A program made the position numbers and the translations under genes. From Tubulanus polymorphus (taxonomy: Eukaryota; Animalia; Nemertea): 64,000 nt of DNA. The notes beneath the pieces were generated by a model, which saw nothing but the letters and a program-made list of their open reading frames with translations, was not told the DNA's origin and made no database searches. Every line of letters begins with the position of its first letter. The first letter of the stretch is position 1. Positions 37,797-50,222 of the stretch are shown here, in pieces. The DNA is taken from assembly GCF_964204645.1 (NCBI RefSeq), contig NC_134032.1, positions 2,104,416-2,168,415 of the forward strand, given 5' to 3'.

Positions 37797-38037
37797 CAAT
37801 CTGCTGCCTGGACGACCTTCACCCCTTTAAACATTCGTCACCATTGTGTGTTAATGTCTTGACGATCAGTTGTTGAAAGTGTGCTGATAAAATGTCTAAT
37901 GTCTGGTGTTTGTAGTTCATTTTCAATTAAAAACGTCTCAGGTGAAGTTCTGAACACGTGTGAAGTGTGGACGATCAGTTTTTGAATATTTTAGATTGAG
38001 CTTGCCTAAGGGGTGGTCTCGTCCAGGCAGCAGATTG
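37797..38037. mobile_element. MITE in the 3' region of the Ig receptor gene
   Basis: Perfect 19-bp TIR caatctgctgcctggacga / tcgtccaggcagcagattg. The interior resembles the degenerate repeats at ~1700-1990. Confidence 0.75.
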
Positions 38038-38949
38038 CTAACTAACTAGGCACTTGCGTATTATCTTAAACGCCTTTTCAACGCTATCCCAGACAAACTA
38101 ACGTAACAAAAATCTAAAATGTTTTGATATCGCGCATTTCTGTTAACGACATTATTGAGAGTATTTGTTTTTCTGTGAATGTTTTTTTTTTAAACAAGAT
38201 TACGTATTAATACTATAAAAAACCATTTTCGAGACGCTTTTTTGTTTTATCGTCGGAGGTAAGCGGTCTCTCCAGGTACGTTATAGAAAAGTGATATATT
38301 TCTATTTCATGAAAGGAAGCTTTTATCGAATCGATATTAACGATATTCTTCAAGACCTTTGAGTAATAAGGTTTCAGTGTATTTATACCGATTCGAGTCG
38401 AACCCTATTGGACTGTTCACGACGGAACCGCGGCATTTCAAGCGTTGTCCGCACACTGTAAGCAGCCAGCAGGACTCGAACCCACTTGTAAATCAGAACT
38501 GAAGGTCGATGCAACACCATCACGCCTTATCTCATTGGGAGCTACTGAGGTCGCACTTGGTATAATGGGCGTCGCGTTTGAAAATATTCTAACGGTTGAG
38601 TTGCATTTTACAGCATATCTAAGAAGGAAACTACCAATAAACTCAATAAGGACGTTGATCTTTTTCTATATATCAAGAAGGCTGAAAGGTAACTTAAACA
38701 ATTAGGGGTGTACAACGCCCTAATGACCTATGGATTGCTTAAATATTTGAGTTATCAATTCGGACAAATTTGAATTTTCCACACTTTTCTAGTGGCGCCA
38801 CTGTCGCGGGTTTAATCATAGTATTCAGGGCAGAAATCGGAAAATTAAAATGGCGTCGTCGAGGTTGATTTAAAGCGTATCTCTCCGTAAAATGTATCTG
38901 TCACATTCAATCTATATACAATTAAGTGGTTATTGATTCCAGATTGAGA

Positions 38950-39730
38950 GTATATAGAACTATCGGTTATAACGAGCAGATTTTCTGTTCCCGTGAAGTT
39001 CGTTGTAACTAGGTTCCGCTGTATATAGGACTATCGGTTATAAGGAACTGATTTTCTGGTCCCGTGAAGTTCGTTGTAACGAGGTTCCGCTGTATATAGA
39101 ACTATCGGTTATAACGAACAGATTTTCTGGTCCCCTGAAATTCGTTGTAACGCGGTTCCGCTGTTTATAGAACTATCGGTTATAACGAACTGATTTTCTG
39201 GTCCCCTGAAGTTCGTTGTATCGAGGTTCCGCTGTATATAGAACTATCGGTTATAACGAACAGATTTTTCTGGTCCCCTGAAGTTCGTTGTAACGCGGTT
39301 CCGCTGTATTTAGAACTATCGGTTATAACGAACTTATTTTCTGGTCCCCTGAAATTCGTTGTAACGCGGTTCCGCTGTATATAGAACTATCGGTTATAAC
39401 GAACAGATTTTCTGTTCCAGTGAAGTTCGTTGTAACGAGGTTCCGCTGTATATAGAACTATCGGTTATAACGAACTGATTTTCTGGTCCCCTGAAGTTCG
39501 TTGTAACGCGGTTCCGCTGTATATAGAACTATCGGTTATAACTAACTGATTTTCTGGTCCCCTGAAGTTCGTTGTAACGCGGTTCCGCTGTATATAGAAA
39601 TATCGGTTATAACGAACTGATTTTCTGGTCCCCTGAAGTTCCTTGTAACGCGGTTCCGCTGTATATAGAACTATCGGTGATAGCGAACAGATTTTCTGGT
39701 CCCGTGAAGTTCGTTGTAACGAGGTTCCAC
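38950..39730. repeat. 71-bp satellite derived from a pogo/Tigger-like MITE end
   Basis: Unit tatatagaactatcggttataacgaacagattttctggtcccctgaagttcgttgtaacgaggttccgctg; period 71. The minus strand reads TA-CAGCGGAACCTCGTTACAACGAAC. Confidence 0.85.
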
Positions 39731-40127
39731 TTTGTTGTGACGAAAATCGAGTATTGGGCGCCTGATATCGTTTTCGTCGCTTAATGGACGCGCAAAAAAC
39801 GAATATGGGCGTGTTTGCTAAACAGAGATCAAATTAAACACAAGCGCGTGTAAACAACGTTCGTTTTTGTCCTCATTAACTTTTTTTCCAATTTTCCGAT
39901 TCGTTCGTCGAGCGCGATAGCGCAATTAAACTTCAACGAGCCCGCGCGCGTGGTTATACGATAATTGCGCATTGATCATGTTGAGTTTACTCGCGTGGAG
40001 CGCGCGTTCTGAGTCGGTAGTCGCTGAATTAACGTTGAAGAGCTTTTTGCACCCGCTTTCAGAAGATGTGGTCTGATTTCCAGACACCGACACATAACTT
40101 GTGTGAACTTATTGACTCGTCTAAGAT

Positions 40128-40650
40128 GATATAAAATCCCAGCACACTAAGAATAAAAAGAGTCTGAAATATTTCCTTGAGCTAGTGTAGTTTATTCAAC
40201 GTTTCGACTATATCCTAATAGTCATCTTCAGAAATACTGATGTTGTCCTCATTATAACCATTGATGAAACACTCTGAGTCCGTGTTGTAAAGATAATATA
40301 AAATCCCTGCACACTAAGAATAAAAAGAGTCTGAAATGTTTCCTTGAGCTAGTGTAGTTTATTCAACGTTTCGAATATATCCTAATAGTCATCTTCAGGA
40401 ATGCTGTATTCCTTGAGCTAGTGTAGTTTATTCAACGTTTGCACTATATCCTAATAGTCATCTTCAGGAATACTGATGTTGTCCTCATTATAACCATTGA
40501 TGAAACACTCTGAGTCCGTGTTGTAAAGATAATATAAAATCCCTGCTATATATAAAACATAAAAAGAGTTTGAAACGATTCCTTGAGCTAGTGACAAATA
40601 TGTAGTTATTTCAACGTTACGACTATATCCTAATAGTCATCTTCAGGAAT
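40128..40650 (-). ncRNA. Hammerhead-ribozyme tandem repeat array 3
   Basis: Four motifs at ~40193, 40360, 40429 and 40607, with 167-bp and 69-bp spacings. Confidence 0.85.
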
Positions 40651-41590
40651 CCTCGGTTGTTAGTTGGATGATGTAAACACGTGTTGATTCGTAATGACGG
40701 GTTTCTATTGGCTGTTGATTGAGTGGTCTTGCGACTCGTCCGTCATATCGGCTGCTGTTCTCCACACGCGCGCGCGCTCCAGTCGCTGGTCTAGTCTGAG
40801 TAAACGTCGCCGACGCCAACAACAAAGCACGCACTGGACAGAGAAGAAGAAAACTTAAAGGTAAACAGTTTTTAAAAATCTTAGCTTATTTCTATTTTCT
40901 GCTGCTTTATAAATTTCCACAATAGTTTCCGTCTTTTATCATTTCTTTTTCCATCTAAGTTTTTTTCGATATCGTTTTCCGTCTAAAGTTAATATTTGAG
41001 AACGAAATAAAGAGGCTAAAAGTTAAACAGATGGTGTGAATTTCATTTTTTTGAGATTCATATTCAATTTGCTGCATATTTTGGCCTCTTTTCAAAAATA
41101 GAAATACTTGGAAATCTGCCCAGATTTTGGGCTACCGTAAATGCAGAAAGTGTTATGTTCCAAAAAATGAAAGAATATTGAGTGGGTATTTATTTCCTCG
41201 GCGAATTCATTTAATATTCTTACAGAATAGCTTAAAGGTTTCTTCAACAAAACATCTAAGAGATTAATCGCAAATGCTGCCTGCTAGTATTTTCAATTTC
41301 AAAACAACACCTCAAAATGCAGTATAAAAGCTTCGCCCAAAGTGGCGTTCATCATCATAACGTTATTGCATTTTTTGGTTTTGAAATTTATTACAATTTT
41401 TGGTTTTGAATTCTAGAATATGAGAGCGCACTGGCAATAAGGACATGCCAGCAATCTCTTGGACATCACTCGATACTTTTCCATGATTGTCTAAAGTTAT
41501 TTAATGAATTTCGGTTTATTGATTATTGAGAAAATACTGGTCTTGTGGTTCAAAACTCATCGGCAACTTAGGCAGTACTAACGGCAGCCG

Positions 41591-41707
41591 TTATTGGCTG
41601 TAGATCTTTTTGGTAGCGTGCGGCCATCTATCGTTGAGACCAATTTTGATTGTCTGAATACTGCTCCTTCGATCTAAGACACCGCCCAAAAGATCTACAG
41701 CCAATAA
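41591..41707. mobile_element. Small foldback/MITE
   Basis: 20-bp perfect inverted repeat ttattggctgtagatctttt / aaaagatctacagccaataa. Confidence 0.6.
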
Positions 41708-41873
41708 TTAAAAACTATTGTTAATCAAATAGTAATTATGGCTGTGATTGTAACATGATTGTCCAGGTTTCGCTGGTCGTTGCTCAGTAACGATTTAGAA
41801 AACGCCGTTGTGCAATTGCAATCACAGCTTTCCCTGGGAGCCTAGATCAAAGAAACCATCCATCAAAAACCGC

Positions 41874-42915
41874 GAGTCCGTGTTGTAAAGATCCCAGCAC
41901 ACTAAGAATAAATAGAGTCTGAAATGTTTCCTTGAGCTAGTGTAGTTTATTTAATGTTTCGACTATATCCTAATAGTCATCTTTAGGAATACTGATGTTG
42001 TCCTCATTATAACCATTGATGAAACACTCTGAGTCCGTGTTGTGAAGATAATATAAAATCCCTGCACACTAAGAATAACAAGAGTCTGAAATGTTTCCTT
42101 GAGCTAGTGCAGTTTATTCAACGTTTCGACTATATCCTGATAGTCATCTTCAGGAATACTGATGTTATCCTCATTACAACCATTGATGAAACACTCTGAG
42201 TCCGTGTTGTAAAGATAATATAAAATCCCTGCGCACTAAGAATAAAAAGAGTCTGAAATGTTTCCTTGAGCTAGTGCAGTTTATTCAACGTTTCGAATAT
42301 ATCCTAATAGTCATCTTCAGGAATACTGATGTTGTCCTCGATATAATCATTGATGAAACACTCTGAGTCCGTGTTGTGAAGATAATATAAAATCCCTGCA
42401 CACTAAGAATAAAAAGAGTCTGAAATGTTACCTTGAGCTAGTGCAGTTTATTCAACGTTTCGACTATATCCTAATAGTCATCTTCAGGAATACTGATGTT
42501 GTCCTCATTATAACCATTGATGAAACACTCTGAGTCCGTGTTGTAAAGATAATATAAAATCCCTGCACACTAAGAATAAAAAGAGTCTGAAATGTTTCCT
42601 TGAGCTAGTGTAGTTTATTCAACGTTTCGAATATATCCTAATAGTCATCTTCAGGAATACTGATGTTATCCTCATTACAACCATTGATGAAACACTCTGA
42701 GTCCGTGTTGTGAAGATAATATAAAATCCCTGCACACTAAGAATAAAAAGAGTCTGAAATGTTTCCTTGAGCTAGTGCAGTTTATTCAACGTTTCGACTA
42801 TATCCTGATAGTCATCTTCAGGAATACTGATGATGTCATCATTATAACCATTGATGAAACACTCTGAGTCCGTGTTGTACAGATATTATAAAGTCCCTGT
42901 TCACCAAGAATAAAG
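41874..42915 (-). ncRNA. Hammerhead-ribozyme tandem repeat array 4 (six 167-bp monomers)
   Basis: cttgagctag recurs at 41931, 42098, 42265, 42432, 42599 and 42766. An intact hammerhead lies at 42449-42492 on the minus strand. Confidence 0.9.
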
Positions 42916-43396
42916 AATAAAACGTATTTCTGTATTAGGATTACGCATAATTTACACACAATATCGCCTATAATGTACTTGTACCCTGGCACTGGAATTT
43001 ATATCATAACGTATATTAATATTCGGAATAAACATCTTCATAACTTAAAAAAACAAATGTACATTCAAATAACGAGTGATGACCAGAAAAGTGTTTAAAT
43101 AAACTACGCACAAGGAAATATTTCACACACTATTTTAGATTTTTTTTTGTCATCGTTACATTGTGAGATTTAAAACTCTATAGATCTATATTCAGGCATC
43201 ACTAACGATTAATGTCGTTAACGGATAAAGTGTGTGTTGCTGGTATTTGTCTAATTGACCGCGCGTTGAGTAATGACGAACTGTCGACTCGATTGATGAG
43301 AAAAATGTTGCGGCATCGAAAAAAAAATCGTTAACTTCGTTATGAAGTTTTGTCGATCACCGGTAAATTGCTCGGTGACTCAAATCTGATTATAGA

Positions 43397-43860
43397 ACTC
43401 TGGATCCAGTTCCACAGTTGTGTGGGTTTTATTTGACTCTGGATCCAGTTCCACAGTTGTGTGGGTTTAATTTGATTCTGCATCTAAATTCAACGGTTGT
43501 GTAGATTTGATTTGACTTTGAATCCAGTTCCACAATTTTATGGGTTTTATTTGACTTTTGAATCCAGTTCCACAATTTTATGGGTTTAATTTGACTTTTG
43601 AATCCAGTTCCACAGTTTTATGGGTTTAATTTGACTATTGAATCTAGTTCCACAATTTTATGGGTTTAATTTGACTTTTGAATCCAGTTCCACAATTTTG
43701 TGGGTTTAATTTGACTTTTGAATCCAGTTCCACAATTTTATGGGTTTAATTTGACTTTTGAATCCAGTTCCAGAGTTTTATGGGTTCAATTTGACTTTTG
43801 AATCCAGTTCCACAGTTTTATGGGTTTAATTTGACTTTTTAATCCAGTTCCATTTCCATT
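43397..43860 (+). repeat. 39/40-bp satellite
   Basis: ccagttccacagttgtgtgggtttaatttgactctggat family. Confidence 0.9.
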
Positions 43861-44539
43861 CCCAGTTCCAGTCCCATTCGTCTGGGGTTAATTTCACTCA
43901 GTTCCACAGATTATTTTGTGTGTGATCTACATCGTGATTTGTCGAATCCTGGTCTGTAGTAAAAACCAACTTGAGAGTTCAGTGTTTCAATGAAACGTAA
44001 AATTACGCTAATTTGTTTACATCGCCGATGTCGAGTACGTAGACCCTTTTCAGACGGTATTCCGAACCCGGTGAATTATTTCGTATGATAAAAGTGTCTC
44101 TTTAAACACTCTCAATTCGGCTCGCGTTTCGTTAGTGTACAATAATGAGCTCACTGTCACCGGCTCGATTGAGTCAATCGTTCATTAAGCGGTATCACAC
44201 AGCGGTATCAGAAAAATTGACGTGTTGAATTTACATCGAGGAATTGATGAGAATGATTAGTCGTAGATGTAATAGAAATGCTTGACTCTCAAACCGGATG
44301 AGGTGGGGTCGAACCCCATTGGGCCCGTGCTACGCGGGTTGGACTCGAATGGGTTCGAATCCCGTTGAACCCGCGGCTGATCGTCAGTGTAACCTGACTC
44401 ACCGATATCCGCGGATAGCAACTAATTCCATCTTTCCGTATACGAATGATTTCATTCCATTTTCTCGATCTTTTTTTCAGAAAGAAGTCGATTCCAACAG
44501 CTTTAGAATTAGAAGAGCTAAACTATCTCGAGACCAGCC

Positions 44540-45556
44540 ATGATGACGAACGCGAGCGTCGGTGGGTTCAGCGCAGAATTTTGCGAAATGACCAAGACGA
44601 ATTTACTGTGCGACCCGTTCTACGTGAACATGTTTTACATCCTCGGTCGTTACGCTATTTACGTCGTTGCGGCAATCGGCATCGTCGGGAACGTCCTGAC
44701 CCTGTTGGCGGCCGGTGGTCAGGCCTTGCGTAGCTCTGCCTCGTGGTACATGTGCTCTATAGCGGCCGTCGACACGGTTTACCTGTTCATGCGACCCGTT
44801 TTGGCGTACGGCCACGAGAACGAGTACGTTTGCAAACTGATGCAAGCCTGGCTGTTCACGGCGAATACGGCGGGCACCTGGACGGTCATAGCGATGACCG
44901 CCGAGAGGGCGTTCGTCGTGCTCTTCCCGTTCAAAGCTACCGAATTCTGTACGGTGAAAAAAGCCATCGCAATCACGGGGGCTATATTCGTTCTGGCATG
45001 TCTAGGGGGAGGGCCGGCTTACGCGTTTTACGATACCATCAAAATCTGCGACCTGTTCGCCTGTTTGTCGAGCAATCACATAGGCGAGCCTCTGTACGAC
45101 TTCTGGTCGCACGTCATCAACAGTTTACTATTCTATCTGCCGATACCGAGCCTGTTTCTGTTCAACACGGCGATCGTGATGACGTTGCTGCGAGCGGCGG
45201 CGTCCACCTCGGAGATGACCGCCGCCACGAAGACGACCAAAGCGTCGAAAGAGAAAGAACTGACGGTGACGCTGATGTCCGTGTCGGTATCGTTTCTGGT
45301 TTTGAACGTGCCGTTTTGCGTGAATTTCTTCGTCCAGGATCTCTACAATTACATCAAGTTAGCCTGCACGAGCCTCCTGCACTCCCTGATCATGTTCGAC
45401 TCGTCGGCGCAACTTCTGCACGTGATCGGACACGCGATCAACGGTTACATCTACTGCATTCGCAGCCCGAATTTCAGAAACCAGTTGTCCTACATGTTTA
45501 AGTGTCAAACTCCCCCGACCAATAAGTCGTCGGCTAGCTCGGCCGCCAAGGCTTGA
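44540..45556 (+). CDS. Class A (rhodopsin-like) orphan GPCR, peptide-receptor-like, intronless CDS
   Basis: 338 aa with 7 hydrophobic segments, GIVGN, AAVD, C in TM3, MTAERAFVVLFPF, LNVPF and HAINGYIYC..S.NFR. Acceptor tttttcag at 44480; putative 5'UTR exon ends AAAG|GTAAAC at 40860. Confidence 0.92.
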   Translation: MMTNASVGGFSAEFCEMTKTNLLCDPFYVNMFYILGRYAIYVVAAIGIVGNVLTLLAAGGQALRSSASWYMCSIAAVDTVYLFMRPVLAYGHENEYVCKLMQAWLFTANTAGTWTVIAMTAERAFVVLFPFKATEFCTVKKAIAITGAIFVLACLGGGPAYAFYDTIKICDLFACLSSNHIGEPLYDFWSHVINSLLFYLPIPSLFLFNTAIVMTLLRAAASTSEMTAATKTTKASKEKELTVTLMSVSVSFLVLNVPFCVNFFVQDLYNYIKLACTSLLHSLIMFDSSAQLLHVIGHAINGYIYCIRSPNFRNQLSYMFKCQTPPTNKSSASSAAKA

Positions 45557-45694
45557 GTTACGGTCCTCAAAAAAGAGCTTTTTCACCTTCGAATTTGTTT
45601 TTTTTTTTCACCATTAGCTTTATATTTTGCGACTCCAAATTTTTAACAAGGGGCGATACGATAAGTAAAAAAGTGGTATTAAATCTTACGACCA

Positions 45695-45955
45695 GGTCAT
45701 AGACTGGTCTTGAGTTGTTAGATTATAGAAATAGATTGAGCTTAGACCGGTCTTAAGTTGTTAGATTGGCTATAGAACTAAAATCAGCTTAGACTGGTCT
45801 TAAGTTGTTAGATTGGCTATAGAACTAAAATCAGCTTAGACTGGTCTTAAGTTGTTAGATTGGCTAAAGACCTAAACAACAATAAACTTAAATTGGTCTT
45901 AATAAGGTTGTTGGATTGGTTAGGGAGACGAAAAAGGTGTAAGACTGGTCTCAAA
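45695..45955 (-). repeat. 47-bp satellite family, short array
   Basis: cttagactggtcttaagttgttagattggctatagaac units. Confidence 0.85.
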
Positions 45956-46789
45956 TTTAAGCTACGACTTCGCCCTTGGCCCAGGGTCCGGTTTCCTGAA
46001 AAAGTATAAACCTAAAAAGCGGTTAAGTTTGAATTCTTGTTCTCATCGAAAACGCCAGGTGGCGAATTATTAAATTGTAATCAAACTTTGAATTCGAGTT
46101 GAACTTTATCAGGTAGTAACCGGACTTAAAAGTTTTTAAAATTCGCACCATCACAATTACATATTTAGCTTAATACTGCACATATTTTTGCGAAACTAAG
46201 AATTGATGACACACTGTTGGCTAATAATGTAAACCACAATCAGTCGCTGGCCGGTTCAGGCTTGTTGGAAGATTGTCAACACGAACTGGATACGAATTTT
46301 ACGATTAACAAAAAATTCTGTGAATTGGACCGATCCTGCAACTACTTAAACTGTACTTCGATTTCCGATTTCAAAATCCAACCTCTATTTCGTTCCCTGT
46401 GGGTTTGATTGGTCGGTTTGTTAATGAAACCCTAAGGTAATTGCGTGAATATTTCAAATGGAATCGGCGAAAATCGTTGTCACTTTATGGACATTCAAAA
46501 AAATCCACGATACAAACAGGTACACACCGGCTTTTACTTAATTCCTCTTTCTTAAATGTTTAATAAATTCTACATCAGTTGTGGTCACGTTGCTTGTTGT
46601 TTTTAGTTGTCGTTCGGAGACATGAAGACGACGCCTTTTCTTTTTCTATTCGGATAAACGGATTCTGTTTTTGTGTGAAATGCCTGCAGTTTGGTGATCT
46701 CCACCAATGTAGAGATGAACAAATTTGCCGATAGATTTCAATTTGATCTTCGTCAAAAACATCCGCTATTTTATCTTTTATTGCTACTT

Positions 46790-47076
46790 AATGACACAGT
46801 CTTATAGCATTTTTCTGGGGCATATATCTTACTGACACAGTCTTATAGCAGCTTTCTGGGGCATATATCTTACTGACACAGTCTTATAACAGCTTTCTGG
46901 GGTATATATCTTACTGATACAGTCTTATAGCAGCTTTCTGGGGCATATATCTTACTGACACAGTCTTATAGCAGCTTTCTGGGGTATATATCTTACTGAC
47001 ACAGTCTTATAGCAGCTTTCTGGGGCATATATCTTACTGATACAGTCTTATAGCAGCTTTCTATATCTTACTGACA
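46790..47076. repeat. 41-bp tandem repeat
   Basis: actgacacagtcttatagcagctttctggggcatatatctt, ~7 copies. Confidence 0.92.
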
Positions 47077-47214
47077 ATTTTTGGGTTATCGATATTTAAG
47101 TTATAGTGTAATCTATTGTGACGAATGGCGCTAAACGGTCGTGGACAAAAATGTATCTTTTGGCCATAGAATGCACTACCTGCATTTACGGTCTTATGTT
47201 TATTGTGAACGACA

Positions 47215-48177
47215 TTAGTGACGAATCGTTGAACATTTACAGAAATGTCGACAAAAATACGCGCGCATGTCTTTGCCCAGTAGGAGATATACGTAAAAAT
47301 TGATACAGTAGTTGAGGGCTTGTAGACGCGAGGCGACCTGTACCATTCTCTCGTCCACGACCGCGTGAACTCCGAGCGTGTTTAGCAACGAGATTAACAT
47401 CGACGGGAAAGTCGTAGCCGTAAAAACGACGGATACGGTGACCAGCATGACGGTCGTGCGGGTAGCGGTGGCCGACTTCCTATCGGTCGAGCGCGGGCCT
47501 TTACGCGCGAAGAGTAGAACCACGATGGCCGTGTTAGCCGCCGCGATCAGGAACTGCGGCACGAAGTAGCATAGACTTCCGACAGCGGTCATGTATTCGT
47601 CGTGCCGACCCGGTACGGTGTAACAACCCAGCGATACCGTAAAACGCATGCTGAAGAAAAAGCCCGACGACAGCGCGAAGCAGCCGACCGTGACGCAAGC
47701 CACGGCGCTTCGGGCGAAGGTTTTCGTGCAGATTAGGCGCGACGACAGCGGGAACGAAACGACGGCCAGACGCTCGAGCGATATAGCGACGACGAGCCAG
47801 GAACTGTTACAGTACGACGCGAGGAACACGACCTCATAGACGGCGCAGGCGGCCGCGCTGTTTACAGGCACGCCGCCGAAGCCTAGTTCCCGTAGCCAGA
47901 AATGCAACAGCGGCATCGCCTCCAAAGCGACGCAGACGAGCATATCGCTAACCGACAACATTATGAGATAATTCGAATAGGACAAGGCGCGGAACTGTCG
48001 GCTGCCGGCTATCAGCAAAGTGCACGTGTTCCCGAACGCACCCGACGCGAACAGAATCGGTAACAATACCAGCGAAAGCAGACGCGTGCGACCCGACTCG
48101 TTTACCGTGGACATCAGTATTATATAGCTGTTGTAAGGTCGGCCGATCGCGGCGATATCGCTGCTGCTAGAATTCAT
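47215..48177 (-). CDS. Class A (rhodopsin-like) orphan GPCR, peptide-receptor-like, intronless CDS
   Basis: 320 aa with GAFGN, LSVSD, C in TM3, ISLERLAVVSFP, TTFPS and NYCINFYVY. Confidence 0.92.
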   Translation of the reverse strand: MNSSSSDIAAIGRPYNSYIILMSTVNESGRTRLLSLVLLPILFASGAFGNTCTLLIAGSRQFRALSYSNYLIMLSVSDMLVCVALEAMPLLHFWLRELGFGGVPVNSAAACAVYEVVFLASYCNSSWLVVAISLERLAVVSFPLSSRLICTKTFARSAVACVTVGCFALSSGFFFSMRFTVSLGCYTVPGRHDEYMTAVGSLCYFVPQFLIAAANTAIVVLLFARKGPRSTDRKSATATRTTVMLVTVSVVFTATTFPSMLISLLNTLGVHAVVDERMVQVASRLQALNYCINFYVYLLLGKDMRAYFCRHFCKCSTIRH

Positions 48178-48547
48178 CGTCGTTCGGATTCAGATTTTTC
48201 TCTCGAACAATGTGAGAAAGTATAATCGAACGCTTAATGAAAACGAACCGGTTTGACTTCGATCTTAACAGTGACATAAACTATCTATATCGACGTCTTC
48301 ATTCATCTATTTGTTAAAGTTATTGTAATCGTAATTTGATTCCCGTTTTTTCAATTGAAAACTTTTCTTCACAGAAATATCAGATGAATCATCCTATTGT
48401 GTAACTAATCGCGAGACGTATTAGGCCTATTATTCGCCAGCTAAACCGGTCAATTCCGTGACAATAGCTTCTTCCTGCCTTGATGAAATATTCATGGATG
48501 ATCTATTTATTAAAGTGCAATTGTACCTATCCCTCATCACCTATCGT

Positions 48548-48740
48548 CCTGTGCAGTTGGCTCAGTTTGTTGAGTGGAGAACTGGGAACAAATAGGTCCC
48601 TAGTTCGAAACCAGCTCTGGCGTTAGCTGTCGTTGGAGACATACGTGGACTGAACTCTGCTCCATAACAACTTATAAAAAAGGCCCTCTCTTAAGACTTT
48701 CTTGGGGTTACACTGTTATTTGCAGTTGGGACATAAAATT
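48548..48740 (+). mobile_element. tRNA-derived SINE-like element
   Basis: A-box-like tggctcagtttgtt, B-box-like agttcgaaacc, 3' end gttgggacataaaatt. Confidence 0.45.
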
Positions 48741-49212
48741 GTTCTTTCTTAACATACGGTAGCTTAGTGAAAGGCTACGTGTAGTTACCAAATTGGTTAT
48801 TCCGGAAGCTAGCAACGCTTACACGCTCGTGTATGCCAGTTCGAATCCCGATTTTTTTAGTTATTTATCTAGATTTATCTAGAGTTAGATTTTATCCCGA
48901 AAAAGATTAACTGTTGCTCCTTAAATTCGATTTCCAAATCATTTCAAAACTCATAAAAACGAAAGAGTTACTTATATTCGACAAGCTGTAGTGGAATGAT
49001 AGCTTTTCCTAGGACAGCTTAATAACGAATGAAACGGTGAACTAATCGTTAATAGCATAGGTCACACGGGGACCCACCGTGAATACCAAAATACAGGAAA
49101 GAACAACATGTTTTTACAGCAAAGCCGAAGGAACGTTTATGATTAGATAACGGCTTATTGTCGATATCGAGGTCGTGGATTTATTCCGGGAATTTTATTT
49201 GAAAGCCTTTGG

Positions 49213-49337
<125 letters not shown>

Positions 49338-49420
49338 AACAGGTTGACGTATAGGTAATCACGTTCTGATAGGAATCCCCCATGAGTATTAAAGCTCGCT
49401 CGTCGGTAGTGCCGCGGCAA

Positions 49421-49582
49421 GGGCCACCTTTTCAGTAGTCGGAATTAGTCGACTATAGTCGAACTAAACGAAACCGAATGTCCGTTAGTCGGAACTATAT
49501 TCCGGAAATGTTTCGAAAGTCAAGCGCGTTTGGTGGTTTGTTCCGACCACTAGTCGACTAGATACGAAAACCGAATTTGGCA
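49421..49582. mobile_element. MITE (inverted second copy at 52235-52396)
   Basis: gggcca...tggcac termini with internal tagtcgacta palindromes. A reverse-complement copy lies at 52235-52396. Confidence 0.7.
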
Positions 49583-49729
49583 CAGGTTATCGCACTACAG
49601 TCGTTATAAACGGTACGTGCCATTGAAATATTTGCTCGTAACTGTCACATGTATAGATTCACTTTTGCGTGTTAGATAAGGCTCTGCCAAAACTCGGTTG
49701 AGCCTATATAGGCATATTGTAATCCTTCT

Positions 49730-50222
49730 CAGGGATTCGAACCTGATGACATCGCGAGACTCTGCCACGTTCCTCCCTCGGCAGGGATTCGAACCTGATG
49801 ACATCGCGAGACTCTGCCGCGTTCCTCCCTCGGCAGGGATTCGAACCTGATGACATCGGACGACTCTGCCCCGTTCCTCCCTCGGTAGGGATTCGACCTG
49901 ATGGCATCGTGAGACTCTGCCACGTTCCTCCATCGGTAGGGATTCGAAGCTGATGGCATCGTGAGACTCGGCCACGTTCCTCCGTCGGTAGGGATTCGAA
50001 CCTGATGACATCGGACGACTCTGCCCCGTTCCTCCCTCGGTAGGGATTCGACCTGATGGCATCGTGAGACTCTGCCACGTTCCTCCATCGGTAGGGATTC
50101 GAAGCTGATGGCATCGTGAGACTCTGCCACGTTCCTCCATCGGTAGGGATTCGAACCTGATGGCATCGTGAGACTCGGCCACGTTCCTCCGTCGGTAGGG
50201 ATTCGACCTGATGGCATCGTGA
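49730..50222 (-). repeat. ~52-bp B-box-containing tandem repeat
   Basis: gggattcgaacctgatggcatcgtgagactctgccacgttcctccatcggta, ~9-10 copies. Confidence 0.92.

Noticed and set aside
44743-45501. 252-aa alternative-frame ORF inside the GPCR
   Set aside because: Shadow ORF expected from GC3-rich codon usage of the real CDS.
49740-49770. CTGATGA...GAGAC in the 52-bp repeat as a hammerhead
   Set aside because: GAAA is absent, there is no credible stem II, and most copies read CTGATGG.
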